A DNA stretch of 64,000 nucleotides from the human T2T-CHM13v2.0 reference genome, Homo sapiens. Shown here in pieces: positions 38,279 to 51,539 of the stretch (positions are counted from its first letter, which is position 1; the number at the start of each line of letters is the position of its first letter). Position numbers and translations under genes: made by a program. The stretch lies in assembly GCF_009914755.1 (NCBI RefSeq), contig NC_060926.1. The stretch is one strand, 5' to 3'. The notes beneath the pieces were generated by a model, which was not told the DNA's origin, did no database searches, and saw only the letters and a program-made list of their open reading frames with translations.

Positions 38279-40270
38279 ATGTCTGATGCCCAGAGTAGCC
38301 CTAGGAAGCAGATTCAGAAACAGGAATTTGGAGCTGTATCACTCCTGGCCAGCTGGCAATGCGATCACTTCACTGGTCGGTGGAGTACTGATTGCCTCTG
38401 ACAAGCTGTAACAGAACAATTGTTAAAGTGGTCCCTGGGGATGAACTGGAATGCCATGCTGGGGAAGGTAATGCAATGACTACTGCAATAGTTCATAGGT
38501 TAGAGAGGTTTGAGGAAGGAGCAATTATAAAGACAATAGAATCAGAGTCCTATTGATGCATTAGACAAAGACCATAAAAAGCTGATGGTGATTAATCAAC
38601 AATTTAAGGTAAAATGTGAAAATCAGAAGGCCTATTTGGCAGCATATAAAAAGAGTCCCAGGCTTTGCAGCTGGAGGGCAGAAAAAGCTGAGGATCAGGC
38701 CAGGATATAATTATAAGTGTAGCAGAGCTCCAGAGGAGGTTGAATTCTCATTCATAGCAAATGTGCAATTACCAAGGTCAGGGTCATGGTTGGCAAGGTC
38801 TGGAACCTGAGAATTGGAATGGGGACATGTGAATTAATGATACCAGAACCTTGAAACCTTAAGATAGCCCTATATCCACTGGGTCTGCAGAAATGGCTGA
38901 TTGCTGTCAATTAAACTCCCTGGGACCTGCTTGAAGATATAGAGGATGCTGCCTTGCAAGTCAGGATCTGTCTCCACCTCTCCTTCTGGATGCCAGACTA
39001 ATCACTGTTGTTGTCACAAGATAACCTGGCCAGTATACTCTAGTGTATTTTGCTAAAGGAGGAGAAGGGCTATTTCCTGAAAGAGTTGCTGCAGGGCCTA
39101 GTCAAATATAAAAGCAGGAGCCAGGAACTTATGTATAGGACTGGATCCTGAGGGGTGCTAGATCATGGTGGTGAGTGGAAGAGGCAGAAAGTCAAGTTGG
39201 ATAAGGAAGTGTTTATTATTATTGGAGCATTCTTTTTGATACAGAATTTTACACCCTGGCAAGGACCCTGGGAAACAATGCAAACTTGCTTCTATGTTGG
39301 CTCTTGCAAGTTGGAGAAAATGAAGGCTTGCACTATGTGAAGGAGAAATACTAGAACTGCTATGCAAGCAATGGAGGAGGAAATGCAAGGTTCAGAGAAT
39401 GGGCATGCTAAAGTGCGTATACTACTCAAGGGCAAAAAAATCAACTTCATTCTGTGGGAGGACCTAGGGAACCCTCCATTTACCAAATAAAAATGCACTG
39501 TTCAGAGTAACACCACTATTAGCAAGAATCTCAGTGATAACTGTCTCCTGTAAGTAGGGAAGGTAGTAGGAGATGCTTAACAGAACTAGATTCCCTGATA
39601 AAAACAGGGCAAGGCAGTCCCCAAAATAGAGGCAAGCAATGACACTTAACCCTCAGAAGTGAAGTATGCACGATTATTATAATGAACACTAAGATCAAAG
39701 TGGCTGCCAGGCTGGCTTGTCCTGCAGAGAACTGTGGAGATGGTTAACAGAACATGGCTTTGCCTAAGACAAAATAGATGGGTGGACAAGAGTCTTACTT
39801 AATACATGGAGTGAAAAGAAATGGAGGATGGATAATAAGGAAATTGAGAACAACAGAAAGTCAAAACTGATTTGGCTACTGCCTCTACTGAAGGTCCAAT
39901 AGATAGACAGTGGCAATGTGTAACAGCCTCCCCAATATGGCATCATCCCTCAAAGAGACAAGTCAACCACTTGTTGACAAGCTGGTTATATTGGACTGCT
40001 TTTGCTTGGGAATAAACAGTTTTTTTTGACTGGAAATCATACATATTCCTGGTATGAATGTGTCTTTCCTGCTTTTACCGGCACCATTATTTGAGGGCTT
40101 ACACTGGCAGGACGCACTGGCAGTCTTTGACACAGAATACTGCATAAAGTCATTTCGGGCTGAAGGACCCAAGTCTACAGCAAACGAGGTGCAACTGTAA
40201 TGCATCACCATGGTCCTATCACGTAACACATTATCCAGAAACTGTTGACCTGATAGAGCAATGGTCTATC
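38279..40270 (+). mobile_element. ERVL internal region (HERV16/ERV3-16A3-like), decayed gag and pol fragments
   Basis: Follows the LTR directly with a PBS-like region (TGATGCCCAGAGTAGCCCTAGGAAGCAGA); GGACTGGATCCTGAGGGTGCTAGATC; integrase-like TGGTCCTATCAC...ATCCAGAA...CTGATAGAGCAATGG; no intact ORF. Confidence 0.72.
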
Positions 40271-41208
40271 TAAAATTCAATTTTTAATAATACCATATTG
40301 CATAAAGTGGGACATGATGTATTATACTGCCTTTCTAAAGATGCGATAATTATAACTGTTTTTTACATAAAAAGCTTACTCTATTTGCTCATGTTACAAA
40401 CAGTAGAGAGTATCTCTCTTAAGCACAAAGTGAATTTATTGGTCAGTATATAGGAACCCACAGGAATGAAGGAAAAGCAGAATAATGATTGGAAATAACA
40501 GGAACTAGCAATTGTAAATTTGACAGATCTCAACATAGAAACCATTTGATAGCATAGCTCTACTACCTTCACTGGAGAAATTAATTCCCCCTATTTCTTC
40601 AGTTTTTAATTCATTATGTTCAAATTTCAAAGTGCATTGGCAGAGATGTCAATTACTATTGCTTACATCACGTTTCTGCATTATGGCCTTTAGTAGAAGG
40701 AAGAGGTATGATCTGCCATAGTACCTGGGGTTCTCCATGGTTTTCTTCATGGGAGGGCATCTTAGTTTACCATGTAAACAAGACAATACACAGTGGGGAG
40801 AGATGTAACTTCCAGAAGATCATACTGCTATTTGTTAAGGGAGAAATGGATGCTAGATAACTAGAAACACATCAGTTGCCCTCTTAGATACATTTAACTA
40901 CTCTTTAAATTAACCTCTCAATTACTTCTGGTTAATATATGCACTACTGGATATATTGAGGAGCCCGTCCTGCTTGCTTCCTCATGCATCATTTTCTTCC
41001 TCTCCCATTAGCTACATGGAGGATGGGCAAAGGCACTTCCTGTGATTGCCTCTGGTGTTCAACCTTACACTGCCATCTGGAGCAATGCTGCATTCTTCTG
41101 GGAATGCCTCACAGTTGTCTGTGGTGCTAATGAATGCCAAGGCCTTTGAGAGCCAGAGTGCACTTCATTATACAATGACTTCATTAAGCCAAAATTATGA
41201 AACAGTCA

Positions 41209-41942
41209 GTGTTAGTCTGTTTTGTACTGCTATCACAGAACACCACAGCCTAAGTAGTTTATAAAAAATAGAAATTTATTTCTCACAGTTCTGGAGGCTA
41301 GGAAGTTCAAGAGCAAGATTGGACTGTTGGTCCAAGATCAAGGCTGGCAGTTTTGGTGTCTGGTGAGGGCCTGGTGTCCTCTTCCAAGATGGTGGCCTGA
41401 ATGCTGGATCCTCTGCAGGGGAGAAGTGCTATTCCTCGTACGGCAGAAGAGAAGAAGAGCCAAGAGAGAAAACTCATTCTTGAAAGCCCTTTCATTAAGT
41501 CATTAAACCCATCCATGAGGGTGGAGCCTGAAAAGTCTAATCACCTCTTAAAGGCCCCACCTCCCAATACCATTATTTTGGCAATTAAATTTCAACTTCT
41601 TTTTTCTTTCTTTCTTTTTTTTTTTGAGGAGTCTCTCTCTGTCACTCAGGCTGGAGTGCAGTGGCATGATCTCGGCTGACTGCAACCTCCGCCTCCCAGG
41701 TTAAAACAATTCTCCAGCCTCAGCCTCCCCAGTAGCTGAGATTACAGGTGTGCGCCACTGTGTCTAATTTTTGTATTTTTTGTAGAGATGGGGTTTCACC
41801 ATGTTGGCCAGGCTAATCTTGAACTCCGGACCTCAAATATTCTGCCTGCCTTGGCCTCCCAAAGTGCTAGGATTACAGGCATGAGCCACCACGCCCTGCC
41901 TCAACGTGAGTTTTCAGGGGGACAAACATTCAAACCATTGCG
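41209..41942 (-). mobile_element. MST (MSTC-like) MaLR LTR interrupted by Alu
   Basis: AGAAATTTATTTCTCACAGTTCTGGAGGCT; TAATCACCTCTTAAAGGCCCCACCTC; resumes after the Alu with GAGTTTT..GGGGACAAACATTCAAACCAT. Confidence 0.85.
41597..41900 (-). mobile_element. AluS
   Basis: Full dimer in antisense with T-rich tail at about 41597-41625. Confidence 0.9.
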
Positions 41943-43979
41943 TAGTCCATGCCATTTTTTTTTTTGCCTTCTTTCCCTTTGAACTTCTTTCTATCATTTG
42001 TTTATCTTCTTTCCATTGGAACTAGGAGAAAAGTTTGAACCTGGACACTGAAGAGATGGTGTCTGTGAATCACTGAATGAAAATAACTCATTTGGGTTTT
42101 ACCTGCAGCCCTGTTAGAGCAAAGATACAGCTTCACAGGGTTTAATAAGAGCTAGAATGGGATGTTCTTTAAGCATTGTTAGTGTCCTAATTCCCCACTC
42201 TTGTAACTCCTCTGGCCACCCTCATCCCCTTTTCCCTTCTCATTCCGTTTCTTCACAGCAGTCCTTCATCAGTTCCTTCTCCCTAATGCTTCTGTTTCTC
42301 TGCCTTTCCCCAAGTCCAAAGTAAATAAATCAAGTGCTCCTTTTTTGCATTACGAAAAATTCTTTCTCATACAAGAAAATTTAATATGGTTCTCTTAAAG
42401 CTTGTTCACTGCTGATTGTGATTTAATTCACAGACATAATATCTGCGCTTTAAGTTTTAGGTAAGGCCAAGTCTACTTTATGGAATAACCTGAAAAGCAA
42501 CAGTAAGAAAATAGCATATAGCTGGCAGGAAATTATTCAAGATGTTCATGCCTTCCTCTTCAAACCGGTTTCAAGGGAATAGTGAAATAGAGTTCCCTGA
42601 TAGGAAATGCATTTTATTGAAAGACAATAAAATCATGCTAAACTTAATGAGAATGTTTTAAAATTATTCCTATTTTCTCTTTCAGGTGATGCTTGAAACA
42701 CATTTATTCTATTCCCCTGATATTATGACAGGAAAGAAATTGTATTATTACTTCTACTACCTAGGGAAAAATAGCTGATTAGCTAGTTTTGACTTTAAGA
42801 CTATTCTCAAATCATTCTCCTAGAACATTTCTTTGCCTTGTTTTCAATGACAGAGAAATAAGGCCATTGCATGCTTTCCATTATCATTAATGACTCTTCT
42901 AATGATTTGATGCCTGGTGCCTTTAATTTTTATTTTAGAAAACACATCTAGTACTAAGACTAAGTTTCTTTGTCATTCACTGTAAATTTCCCTTGAGGCA
43001 TGTGTTTTTTTTTAAAGAGGCATAAATAAATAATCAATAAATAAAAGTTCATAGTACAGTTAAAGTGGACCGAAGTCAAATTGACTTTTATGCATCCAGC
43101 AGAGGAATACAATAAGTGAATATAGAGAGTATTTACTGTATAATGCCATATCAATAATTAAAAACCTATTTAAGAATAAAAATATAAAATGGCTGAGTGA
43201 CTATCAAAGTTTATATGAAAAGGTAATTGAGAGAGCTAATACTGTATGCAACTGATTTTTGCATTTATGAGTATTTTATAAGCATGACAATTGGCATTTT
43301 GATTTCTAGTATACCTATTACTTTAATGTTAGGATACAGAAAGCTGATAATTTAAAAGCATAGTAAATGTACAAGATCATTTTGTTTTTAATAACCTTTT
43401 GACGGTAGGACATGGACTTTGACGGTTTTTCTAGTGGTTTTATGGTTATGAGTCAAACCAATCACTGTTTCATGCTAAGTTTATCTACTTTGTGATTAAA
43501 TTAGCAGATTTGTGAGATAAGTAGCCACGGCCGTGAGTGTAGTCCGTAATTATGCAATAAAATTAAACAAGCTGGTGAATGAAACAATCAACTCCATAGC
43601 CCTAATGGTATGGATGCAGTTTATGCAGACTATTGGGGGAGGTTGGGATCTTTCTCAGAGGGAGAATTTTAGGCTGTGTTTTATGACACTTGTTACTTCT
43701 TCATTGGATTTTGGGTTCTCATGAGTTTCTGCTCATGTTTCTGGTGAGCTTGCTAAGGCATAGGAAAAAGGTCACTACAAGAATATCCTATGTCTTAACA
43801 TTTCCTCATCCAGTTTTTTTCAAAACTGCAATTAAATCACGTCATTTCATTGCTAGATAAAATGGCTTCCTAATTCACTTTATGAAAAAATCTAAACTCC
43901 TTGCTGAATGAGAAGGATGGTCTGCAAATAAGATTGTTAAACATTTCTCTCATCAAATGGTGGCATTGTTTTCCTTATG

Positions 43980-44461
43980 CAGTCATGTTGTGTAAGGAAA
44001 TGACAGGAATATGTTCTGAGAAATCCATTGCTGGGTGATTTTATTTTTGTGTGAACATGATAGAGGAGACTTACACAAACCTAGATGGTATAGCCTACTA
44101 CATACCTAGACTATATGGTATAATCTATTGCTCCTAGGCTACAAAGCTGTACAGCATGTTACTATGCCGAATATTGAGGCAATTGTAACACAATGCTAAG
44201 TATTTATATACCTAAACATACCTTAACATAGAAAAGGTGCAGTAAAAATATGATATAAACAATAAAAAATGGTGCATTTGTATAGAACATGTAGAATTAA
44301 TGGAGCTTGCAGGACTGTAAGTTGCTCTGGATGAGTTAGTAAGTGAGGGGTGAAGGAATGTGAAGGTCTAGGACATTACCATACCTATTATAATCTTATG
44401 GGACCACTGTCATATATGTGGTCCATTGTTGAATGAAATGTTTTTATGAATTACATGACTA
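43980..44461 (+). mobile_element. Tigger3 (TcMar-Tigger) deletion derivative
   Basis: TIR-like CAGTCATG...CATGACT; ACTTACACAAACCTAGATGGTATAGCCTACTAC; TTATAATCTTATGGGACCAC. Confidence 0.88.
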
Positions 44462-44878
44462 TACTTGAATCTGGACTACCCCTGTGGCTTGTTTTTATCT
44501 ATGAAATGTGACAGAAATGTCATTGTGCCTATTCCAGGCTCAGGCCTTAAGGGGCCTTGTGTCATGTAAAGCCAGCCACTAAACAAGTCCAATAACCTTA
44601 CTGCCAAAAAAGCCTATGCGGAGAGAGAGAGGCCTAGGTGGCTGAGGGACTCTAGAGGGAGAGGGGGAAGAGCCCAGCCAGCCCCTGTGCTCCTGCATCC
44701 ATCACCTCTCCTTAGGCACCAGCCAAGCGGGTGAAGCCATTTGGACTTTCCAGGCCCAGTTGAAATACCTGTCAACAGTTCCCCAGGGCAACAGTGGAGC
44801 AGACTGGAGCCATCCCCACTAAACTCTGCCAAAGTTTCAGTATTGTGAGCAAATACATGATTGTTGTTGATTTAAGGG
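44462..44878 (+). mobile_element. MLT1 (G/H-like) LTR fragment
   Basis: CTTGAATCTGG; TTCCAGGCTCAGGCCTTAAG; TTGTGAGCAAATACATGATTGTTG..TTTAAG. Confidence 0.65.
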
Positions 44879-45094
44879 AGGGGGAGATTATGGATTTCAG
44901 AAATCTAGAAAGTGGATCTACCTACAGTAAGGGAGGAAATCATTAATGAATGAATAAGAAGAATGGGGATATTTATTATAAGAAGGTATGTCATTCTCTT
45001 GAGTGCCAAGGTAGAAAACCTCAAGGAAGTCATTGCAAGACCATAATTAAATATAATTAAAGAAAGACTTATGTATGGAGCATTATAGCTCTAC

Positions 45095-45380
45095 AGCAGC
45101 TTCATTCAATAGAGATACAATATTAGCCACACATATAATTTAAAAATTTCTAGTAGTCATATTGATTAAAAAGCAAAAAGTAACAGATGGAATTATTTTT
45201 GTAATATATTTAACTTAACCAAATATATCCAAAATGTTATTTCAATATTAATATGAAAATTATTAATGAGATATTTTTACATTCTTTTTTGTGCAAAGTT
45301 TTCAAAATTCAGTGTATATTTTATGTTTTATACATATAGCACATCTCTAGTCAAACTAGTCACATTGCAAGTTGCTGTGA
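45095..45380. mobile_element. MER33-like hAT-Charlie element
   Basis: TAATTTAAAAATTTCTAGTAGTCATATT; TTAACCAAATATATCCAAAAT; TTATTAATGAGATATTTT. Confidence 0.7.
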
Positions 45381-45421
45381 GATAGAGAAAAAAACTGTGA
45401 GGATGAGAATTGAGAATGTGG

Positions 45422-45507
45422 AATCCCAGCACTTTGGGAGGCTGAGGCAGGGGGATTGATTGAGGCTAGGAGTTTAAGACCAGCCTGGGCAACATAGCGT
45501 AGCAAGT
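45422..45507 (+). mobile_element. Truncated Alu left monomer (AluJ/FLAM-like)
   Basis: AATCCCAGCACTTTGGGAGGCTGAGGCAGG...AGACCAGCCTGGGCAACATAGC. Confidence 0.85.
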
Positions 45508-45880
45508 CTCTCTCTCTCTCTGTCTCTCTAATATATATATAAATATATAAAATATATAAATATATATATAAAATATATAAATATATAACATATATATAAA
45601 ATATATAAATATATAACATATATATAATATATATTATATATATAAAATATATATAATATATATTATATATAAAATATATATATAATATATATTATATATA
45701 AAATATATATATAATATATATTATATATAAAATATATATATAATATATAATATATAAATATATATTATATATATAAATATATAATATATATAATATATAA
45801 TATATAAAATATATAATATAATATTTATATGAAAACACATATAAAAACTAAAAACATAAAAACATGTATATATATCATAA
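45507..45880. repeat. (CT)n followed by a long interrupted (TA)n-rich tract
   Basis: About 300 bp almost purely A/T (45530-45830), seen directly. Confidence 0.95.
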
Positions 45881-45896
45881 AAGGAGAATTGAGAAC

Positions 45897-46270
45897 ATGT
45901 AGCAGAGACCGTTAGCACTTATCATACATCCTATCTATACCTGCATTTGTCCATTCCTCCATCTCAGACTCCCTTGAAGTTAGAGATGATGTGACTAATT
46001 TGTAGCTAATATATGTGGAAGGAAGTTATGTAAACATCTTCCATACCTAGTCCTTAAAGACATCCCATGCAGTTTTCTAGCTCTCTGTTTTCCTGCCATG
46101 GTGATTTGGAAGCTGTGTGGTCCAGATGGCATTGCTACAAGATGGACACTGGCCACTTAACCAAACCCTGGCTGTGATGTGAGCAGTCAGGGATCTTTTG
46201 TCTTGGTAATTCACTGGGATTCCAGGGCTTGTCTCTTGCAGCCGCTAGCATTGTCTATCCAATATGTGAA
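45897..46270 (+). mobile_element. Old MLT1 (J/I-like) LTR
   Basis: CAGACTCCCTTGAAGTTAG; TGTGGTCCAGATGGCATTGCTACAAGATGGA; diverged. Confidence 0.55.
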
Positions 46271-47066
46271 GAGAGTACTACTTAGGCATTGGAAAAGGCA
46301 CATTAAGAACATTAGTAGTGACATTAACTGAATTACCAAAAAAAAAAAAAAAAAAAAGAGTCTTGTTTTGCTGTAAAAGTAGAAACTGAGGGAAAAGAAA
46401 GAAAAAGAAATGATGACATTCTTATCCAGTAAAAGCTCAGCCTTACGAATGGAAGAGAAATGGGATCTAATTGAAGAAGTAGGTTGAACTTTATAAAGCT
46501 CAGCTAAGATCTGCTTGAAAGGAGATGGAAATATAAGAAGAGGAAACAGAAATGGTGATCTGGAGGATATACAGACATATCCATCTGCTGCAGAAAAAAT
46601 ACAGTAGAAAGGAGTGTTTCTGCTACTGTTCAATAAGTCTTAATTTATACAAGTCCTGGAAAAAGCCAAATTCTGAGTATAGGTGAAATTTTGGAGGAGT
46701 AGCATGTGACCGAGGACATATTGGCTGTGAACTTTGGAGAGTTTCCTGTTATGAACTCAAGATACCTGTGTTAAGATGCCACACACTCTAGGTCAAAAGA
46801 GAAATGAAATTTAAACACAGGATTGACACCAAGGAAAAGGAAGGAAAGTCCAAGAAAACTTGAGAACTTTAGGTGCAATGACTGCAAATTTTTGCAGTTT
46901 GCAAGAAAACAAGATTGTTTTAGAGACAGAGGCAAATAGATTTTTCCTCCCAAATGTAAGAAACAGCATCATAATTTACCTCCCGGCACCACACATACAT
47001 ACAGCTGTGAAAGTGCTAGAATTAGGATGCTATCCTTAATCCTTCCATTTTTAATGGTAGCAAGGA

Positions 47067-47097
<31 letters not shown>

Positions 47098-47927
47098 CTA
47101 GTTTGAGAGTTGGCCACAGAACTCCACTCAAGGAAAAGTGAGGCTTTTTTGTAAAACCACCTTCACTGGCATGTTTAGTTTTGAAATTGAAGCTATCTAG
47201 TGATAACCTGGATATATTTAGGTGGACAAAGAGAAAGCAAATAGGGCTTTTGGGGAGGATAAGACAATATGGATGGTTGGGAAAAAGATAAGTAAGAGAC
47301 AATACATAGAAGACAGGAGATATGGGGAGAAATACCTGACAATGAAAAATTCCTGGTATCTGCAGGATATTCAAAGGAGAGATTATTCCATTTTGAAATG
47401 GGTAGCTTTGTTGCACTTTAAAAATACTGCATAAATCTGTTATACACCCTCTTCACATCCTCCTTAGCCTCCAACAGTTAGTTGTACAGATGCCAAGTGG
47501 GTTGGTGTTTTGGAGAAAGCAAGAAAATGGGGCTCTGTTTCCTTGAAGGTAAGGGCAAAGTTAAGGACTAAGAAAAACTATAGGAGTTGACATATGAGGG
47601 AGAGGAGTTCAGAGTTAAGGGGGAATAGAACACGAGAGGCAGTTCTGACAGCTTCAGGCTCCTAGGATTTGCAGACATCTTGGGAGGAGCACTGGACTTC
47701 TACAGGTTGGCATAAAGATGATGTCAATTTTATGTAAATGTCAGGGGAAAAGTGATTCTTACTGATATCTAGATTGCCTGATCAATTCTCATTGATTTTG
47801 TAGTCTAAAATTTTCTGGATGTTATCACTTCTTTCCATTTAATCTGGTAGTGCCTTCATCCAAGCTTCCATTTTTTCTTGCTGAGACTTCTGCCATAACT
47901 TCCTAAATGGCCTTGCAGATTCCTGTA

Positions 47928-48239
47928 CAGTTAGCCCTTTGTATCTGTGGGTTCCATATCTGTGGCTTCGACCAACTGTGAATAGAAATTATGAAAAAAA
48001 TAATAACAATATGACAATAAAAATAATATACATTTTAAAAATAGAGTATAACAACTATTTACATTGTATTAGGTATTATAAATAATCTAGAGATGATTTA
48101 AAGTACTATATATGGGAAGATGTGCATAGGTTAAATGCAAATACTATGTCGCTTTATGTAAGGACCTTGAGCATTTGAAGACTTTGGTATCCTTGCAGGG
48201 TCCTGGAACCAATCCCCAATGGATATGGAGAAATGACTG
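47928..48239. mobile_element. MER2-family (MER2B-like) TcMar-Tigger element
   Basis: TA|CAGTTAGCCCTTTGTATC ... GGTCCTGGAACCAATCCCC..GGATATGGAGAAATGACTG|TA with TA TSD. Confidence 0.85.
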
Positions 48240-49127
48240 TATTTCTCACTTCAAATTCCTCTAAGAACAGCAGCCAGAAGATTCTTGTTGGGGAAGTAGT
48301 GAGGACATCTGTGTTAAAAGTGGTTTAATGTCTTCTAACCACCCTTATCATAAGGACCAAAATCTGGAACATACTCTGTTAATACCTAAAGACTTATTTA
48401 GGGAGGTGGACAGACACAGACACAGTGAATCTCTGTGATATAATTGGGGTGCTAGAACTTTGCTTTTGTATGGGGAAATATTGCATGAGGGAATTGAGTG
48501 GACTAAAAGCCAACATCATGGCTGCTTTGGGTTCTTGGCATTTGTTTCTATTTTCTACTGTTGTATGTTTGTGTGTGTCTTGGTTGTGTGTGACAATCTT
48601 CAACGATTAGCTTTTTGGAACTTTAAAGCCATGAAAGCCATGAGAGCTTTCCCACTGGGTGATGCTCCATCTTTGGAGATGCTGCAGAAGCTAAAGCCCT
48701 CCCAGTAAAGGGCAGTTGGTGTATGAGGCCTGAAGAAGTAATTGACACAAACACCCTTGAGTGAGGTTCCTCTGGGTGGAATTGGGACAGGGAGCTAGTT
48801 TTGACCTTTCATCTTGCTTAGAAGGGTGGCCTCTTCTTATTTTTGCCTGTCCAGTCATGTTCCAATTCAGAAGCTTTCTCTATCTAGTTCTAGTGGGTCT
48901 GAGAGTCTCAATACATATCCTGAGCCTGAACAAGCATAGAACTCCACGCGTTATAAGCTGAGATTGGCCCAGAAGTGAGCACAGGAAGCAAGCCAGACTG
49001 ATCAAGTTGCTGACTTGCTATAAAGACACTGAAAAAGTGAAAGAGACTGAGAGAGAGATTGACTTTTGTATTGTTAAAGGCCTTGCACCAGGCTTCACTG
49101 AAGTTAGATTCACTATTGAATTTCTTC

Positions 49128-49197
49128 TATCTCTCTCTCTCTCTTTCTCTCTCTCTATCCATCCATCTATCTATTCTTTTATCTATCTGTCTATCTA
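49128..49197. repeat. (CT)n / (CTAT)n microsatellite
   Basis: Seen directly. Confidence 0.85.
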
Positions 49198-49649
49198 GAA
49201 TTGTTCATGGTAGAGTGTTTGGTGCTGCTGGCCTCACATCATTTTAGTTATACTGCTAAGCAGTCTGGACTGTATAAGTGATCTGGTAATTGAGTTTATA
49301 CAATATATCTGGGCTCAGTGATAAACTAGAAGAGAGTAGTAATTATGTAATGTTCTGATCCATCACAAGTCATAAGCTTTAGTCACTGCCTTCTGACAGG
49401 ACTCAGTGGATACATAGGCACAGGGATCTGGAGAAGTGATGATATGAGGGTGAAACAGAATTTGTTGCTATTTCACTAATCCTGCTTATATCAGTAGGGG
49501 AGAGGGGCTGTGATTTGCCTAATGACACTTGTGTGGTGAGGCAATGCTTAATAAGAGAAAAAAAAAGATTATAATATTTTCACCATAAATGACATTTGAG
49601 GCACCTTCAATTTTTTTAAATTCCACCAGAGACATTGATAAGCATTTTT

Positions 49650-50560
49650 CATCAAGTCTTGTTTATTAGTGAGTACAGTCATTGTGCTATAGAAAAGAAT
49701 AGATAATCTAGAAATAGATTAAAAAAATAAGCTCAGCTGATTTTTGACAAAGATGAAAAACCAATTTAATGAAAGAAAGATAGCCTTTTCAACAATTATT
49801 ACTAGAGTAGTTAGACATCCATAGACCAAAATATTAATCTTTACCTAAACCTCACACCTTCTGCAAAAAAACAAAATGGATCACAGACTTAAATGTAAAA
49901 CATTAAACTATAAAACTTTTAGAAAAAAATTGGATAAAATCTTGGAATCTAGGAATAGTCAAAGGTCTTTGGATCTTAGGCTTGCCACCAAAAGCATGAT
50001 TTATAAATTAAAAAAGTGATAATTTGTGCTTCACTATAATTGAAAACTTTTGTCCTGTGAAACGCTCTGTTTAAAAGAGGAAAAGACAGTCTAAAGACTG
50101 AAAGAAAATGTTTGCAAACCACATATCTGAAAAAAGACTAATAAGGATGAAAAGACAAGCTAAAAACTGGAAGAAAATGTTTGCAAACCACATATCTGAA
50201 AAAAACTAATAACTAGATTACACAAAAAAACTCTTACAACTCAACAGTAAAGAGAAATCATCCAATTAGAAAACGGGCAAAAGACATTAACGGACATCAC
50301 ACTAAAGATGATGTACAGATAGGAAATAAGCACATAAAAGGATTTTTCGCAGCCTTAGCCATTTGGGAAATGCAAATTAAAACTATAGTGGAATATCACC
50401 ATACACCCATCAGAATGGCTAAAATAAAAAATAGCGGCAACATCAAACAGGAGTGAGGATGTTGTGAAACTGGGCCACTTATACATTGCTGGTGGAAGTG
50501 CAAAATTTTAGAACAACTCTAAAAAGTAGTTTTGGAGTTTCTTAAAAGCTAAACATGCAG
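49650..50560 (+). mobile_element. L1M (MB/MC-like) ORF2 3' region
   Basis: CTGATTTTTGACAAAG; AAATGGATCACAGACTTAAATGTAAAA; GGGAAATGCAAATTAAAAC; TACATTGCTGGTGG. Confidence 0.85.
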
Positions 50561-51539
50561 CTTTCTGACCTTTTAGGTTTTGGAGTCTTCTGCCACTACT
50601 TCTAAATTCACATGGAGATACTAATAAAAAGGCTTCATTTGAAAGGTTTTACATATTGGACATAAATGACGTATATGAACTTGCGAGCTATTCTGTGCAG
50701 AAATCATTTTGTGTGTTTCTCGGAAATACTATAATTTTACATAATCACCACCATCATTACGAACTCTATGTACCTGCTTCTCTTGAGGCTGCCGATGTGA
50801 TTCTTTGGTGAGAAACAGTAGAAGGGGGTAGAAACCACTTTTTACAACATGAGTCTGCTGCCCACACCTTGGCACTTGGAAGAGAAGGAATTGAGAGAAT
50901 TAAACTGTGTTACTTCTCTCTCCATTGGACATTCATTGCCACTATCAGCCATAGAGGTGTTTTTTTCCTCTGGAGCTGGGCCAGCAGCTTTCTGCTTTCT
51001 AGCAGCCTTTGCTTGCACAGCCACCAGGGCATTTTTGCCAGTTCACATTCTTACCGTGAAACCCAGCTTCCTATTTCTAGGGATGAAATCGGCAAGGCAA
51101 AAGATAAGTTTCAGTTAATCCAGTCTTATAGAGTCAGTAGCTCCAAAGCAATGATCTACCAAAGTCAAGTTTACTTATTGCCCATGTTTTCACTTGAAAG
51201 TACCATTGTCGCCTGCTCTCCTGAGAAAAGGGTTGCAATTGGTAAGACTATTGCCAGGGTTATGAGAAGATCATGGCTGGTGGTTGTTGCTCTAACTTCC
51301 TGGATCTGATCAACAAAAAAAGAGGATAACAAGGAATGAATGCAATGTACACATCCTCCCTTTGATTAGGAAATACTGCAGTGAAAGCTATCTAGCGTTG
51401 GTATCCACAGAGTGGTATCCAGACCTCAGGACATGTCAGTCAAGCCCTGGGATACAATATATTTACATTTCTGCTTCCCGAATTTATATTTTCCTAAATT
51501 TACCTTTTCCCTTTGCAAATCCTATATTTATCCCCCAAA

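Noticed and set aside
45356-45918. Ile/Tyr-rich ORFs
   Set aside because: Artefacts of translating the TA repeat
50869-51309. Longest ORF in the window (146 aa)
   Set aside because: Non-ATG start, no recognisable domain, and length compatible with chance
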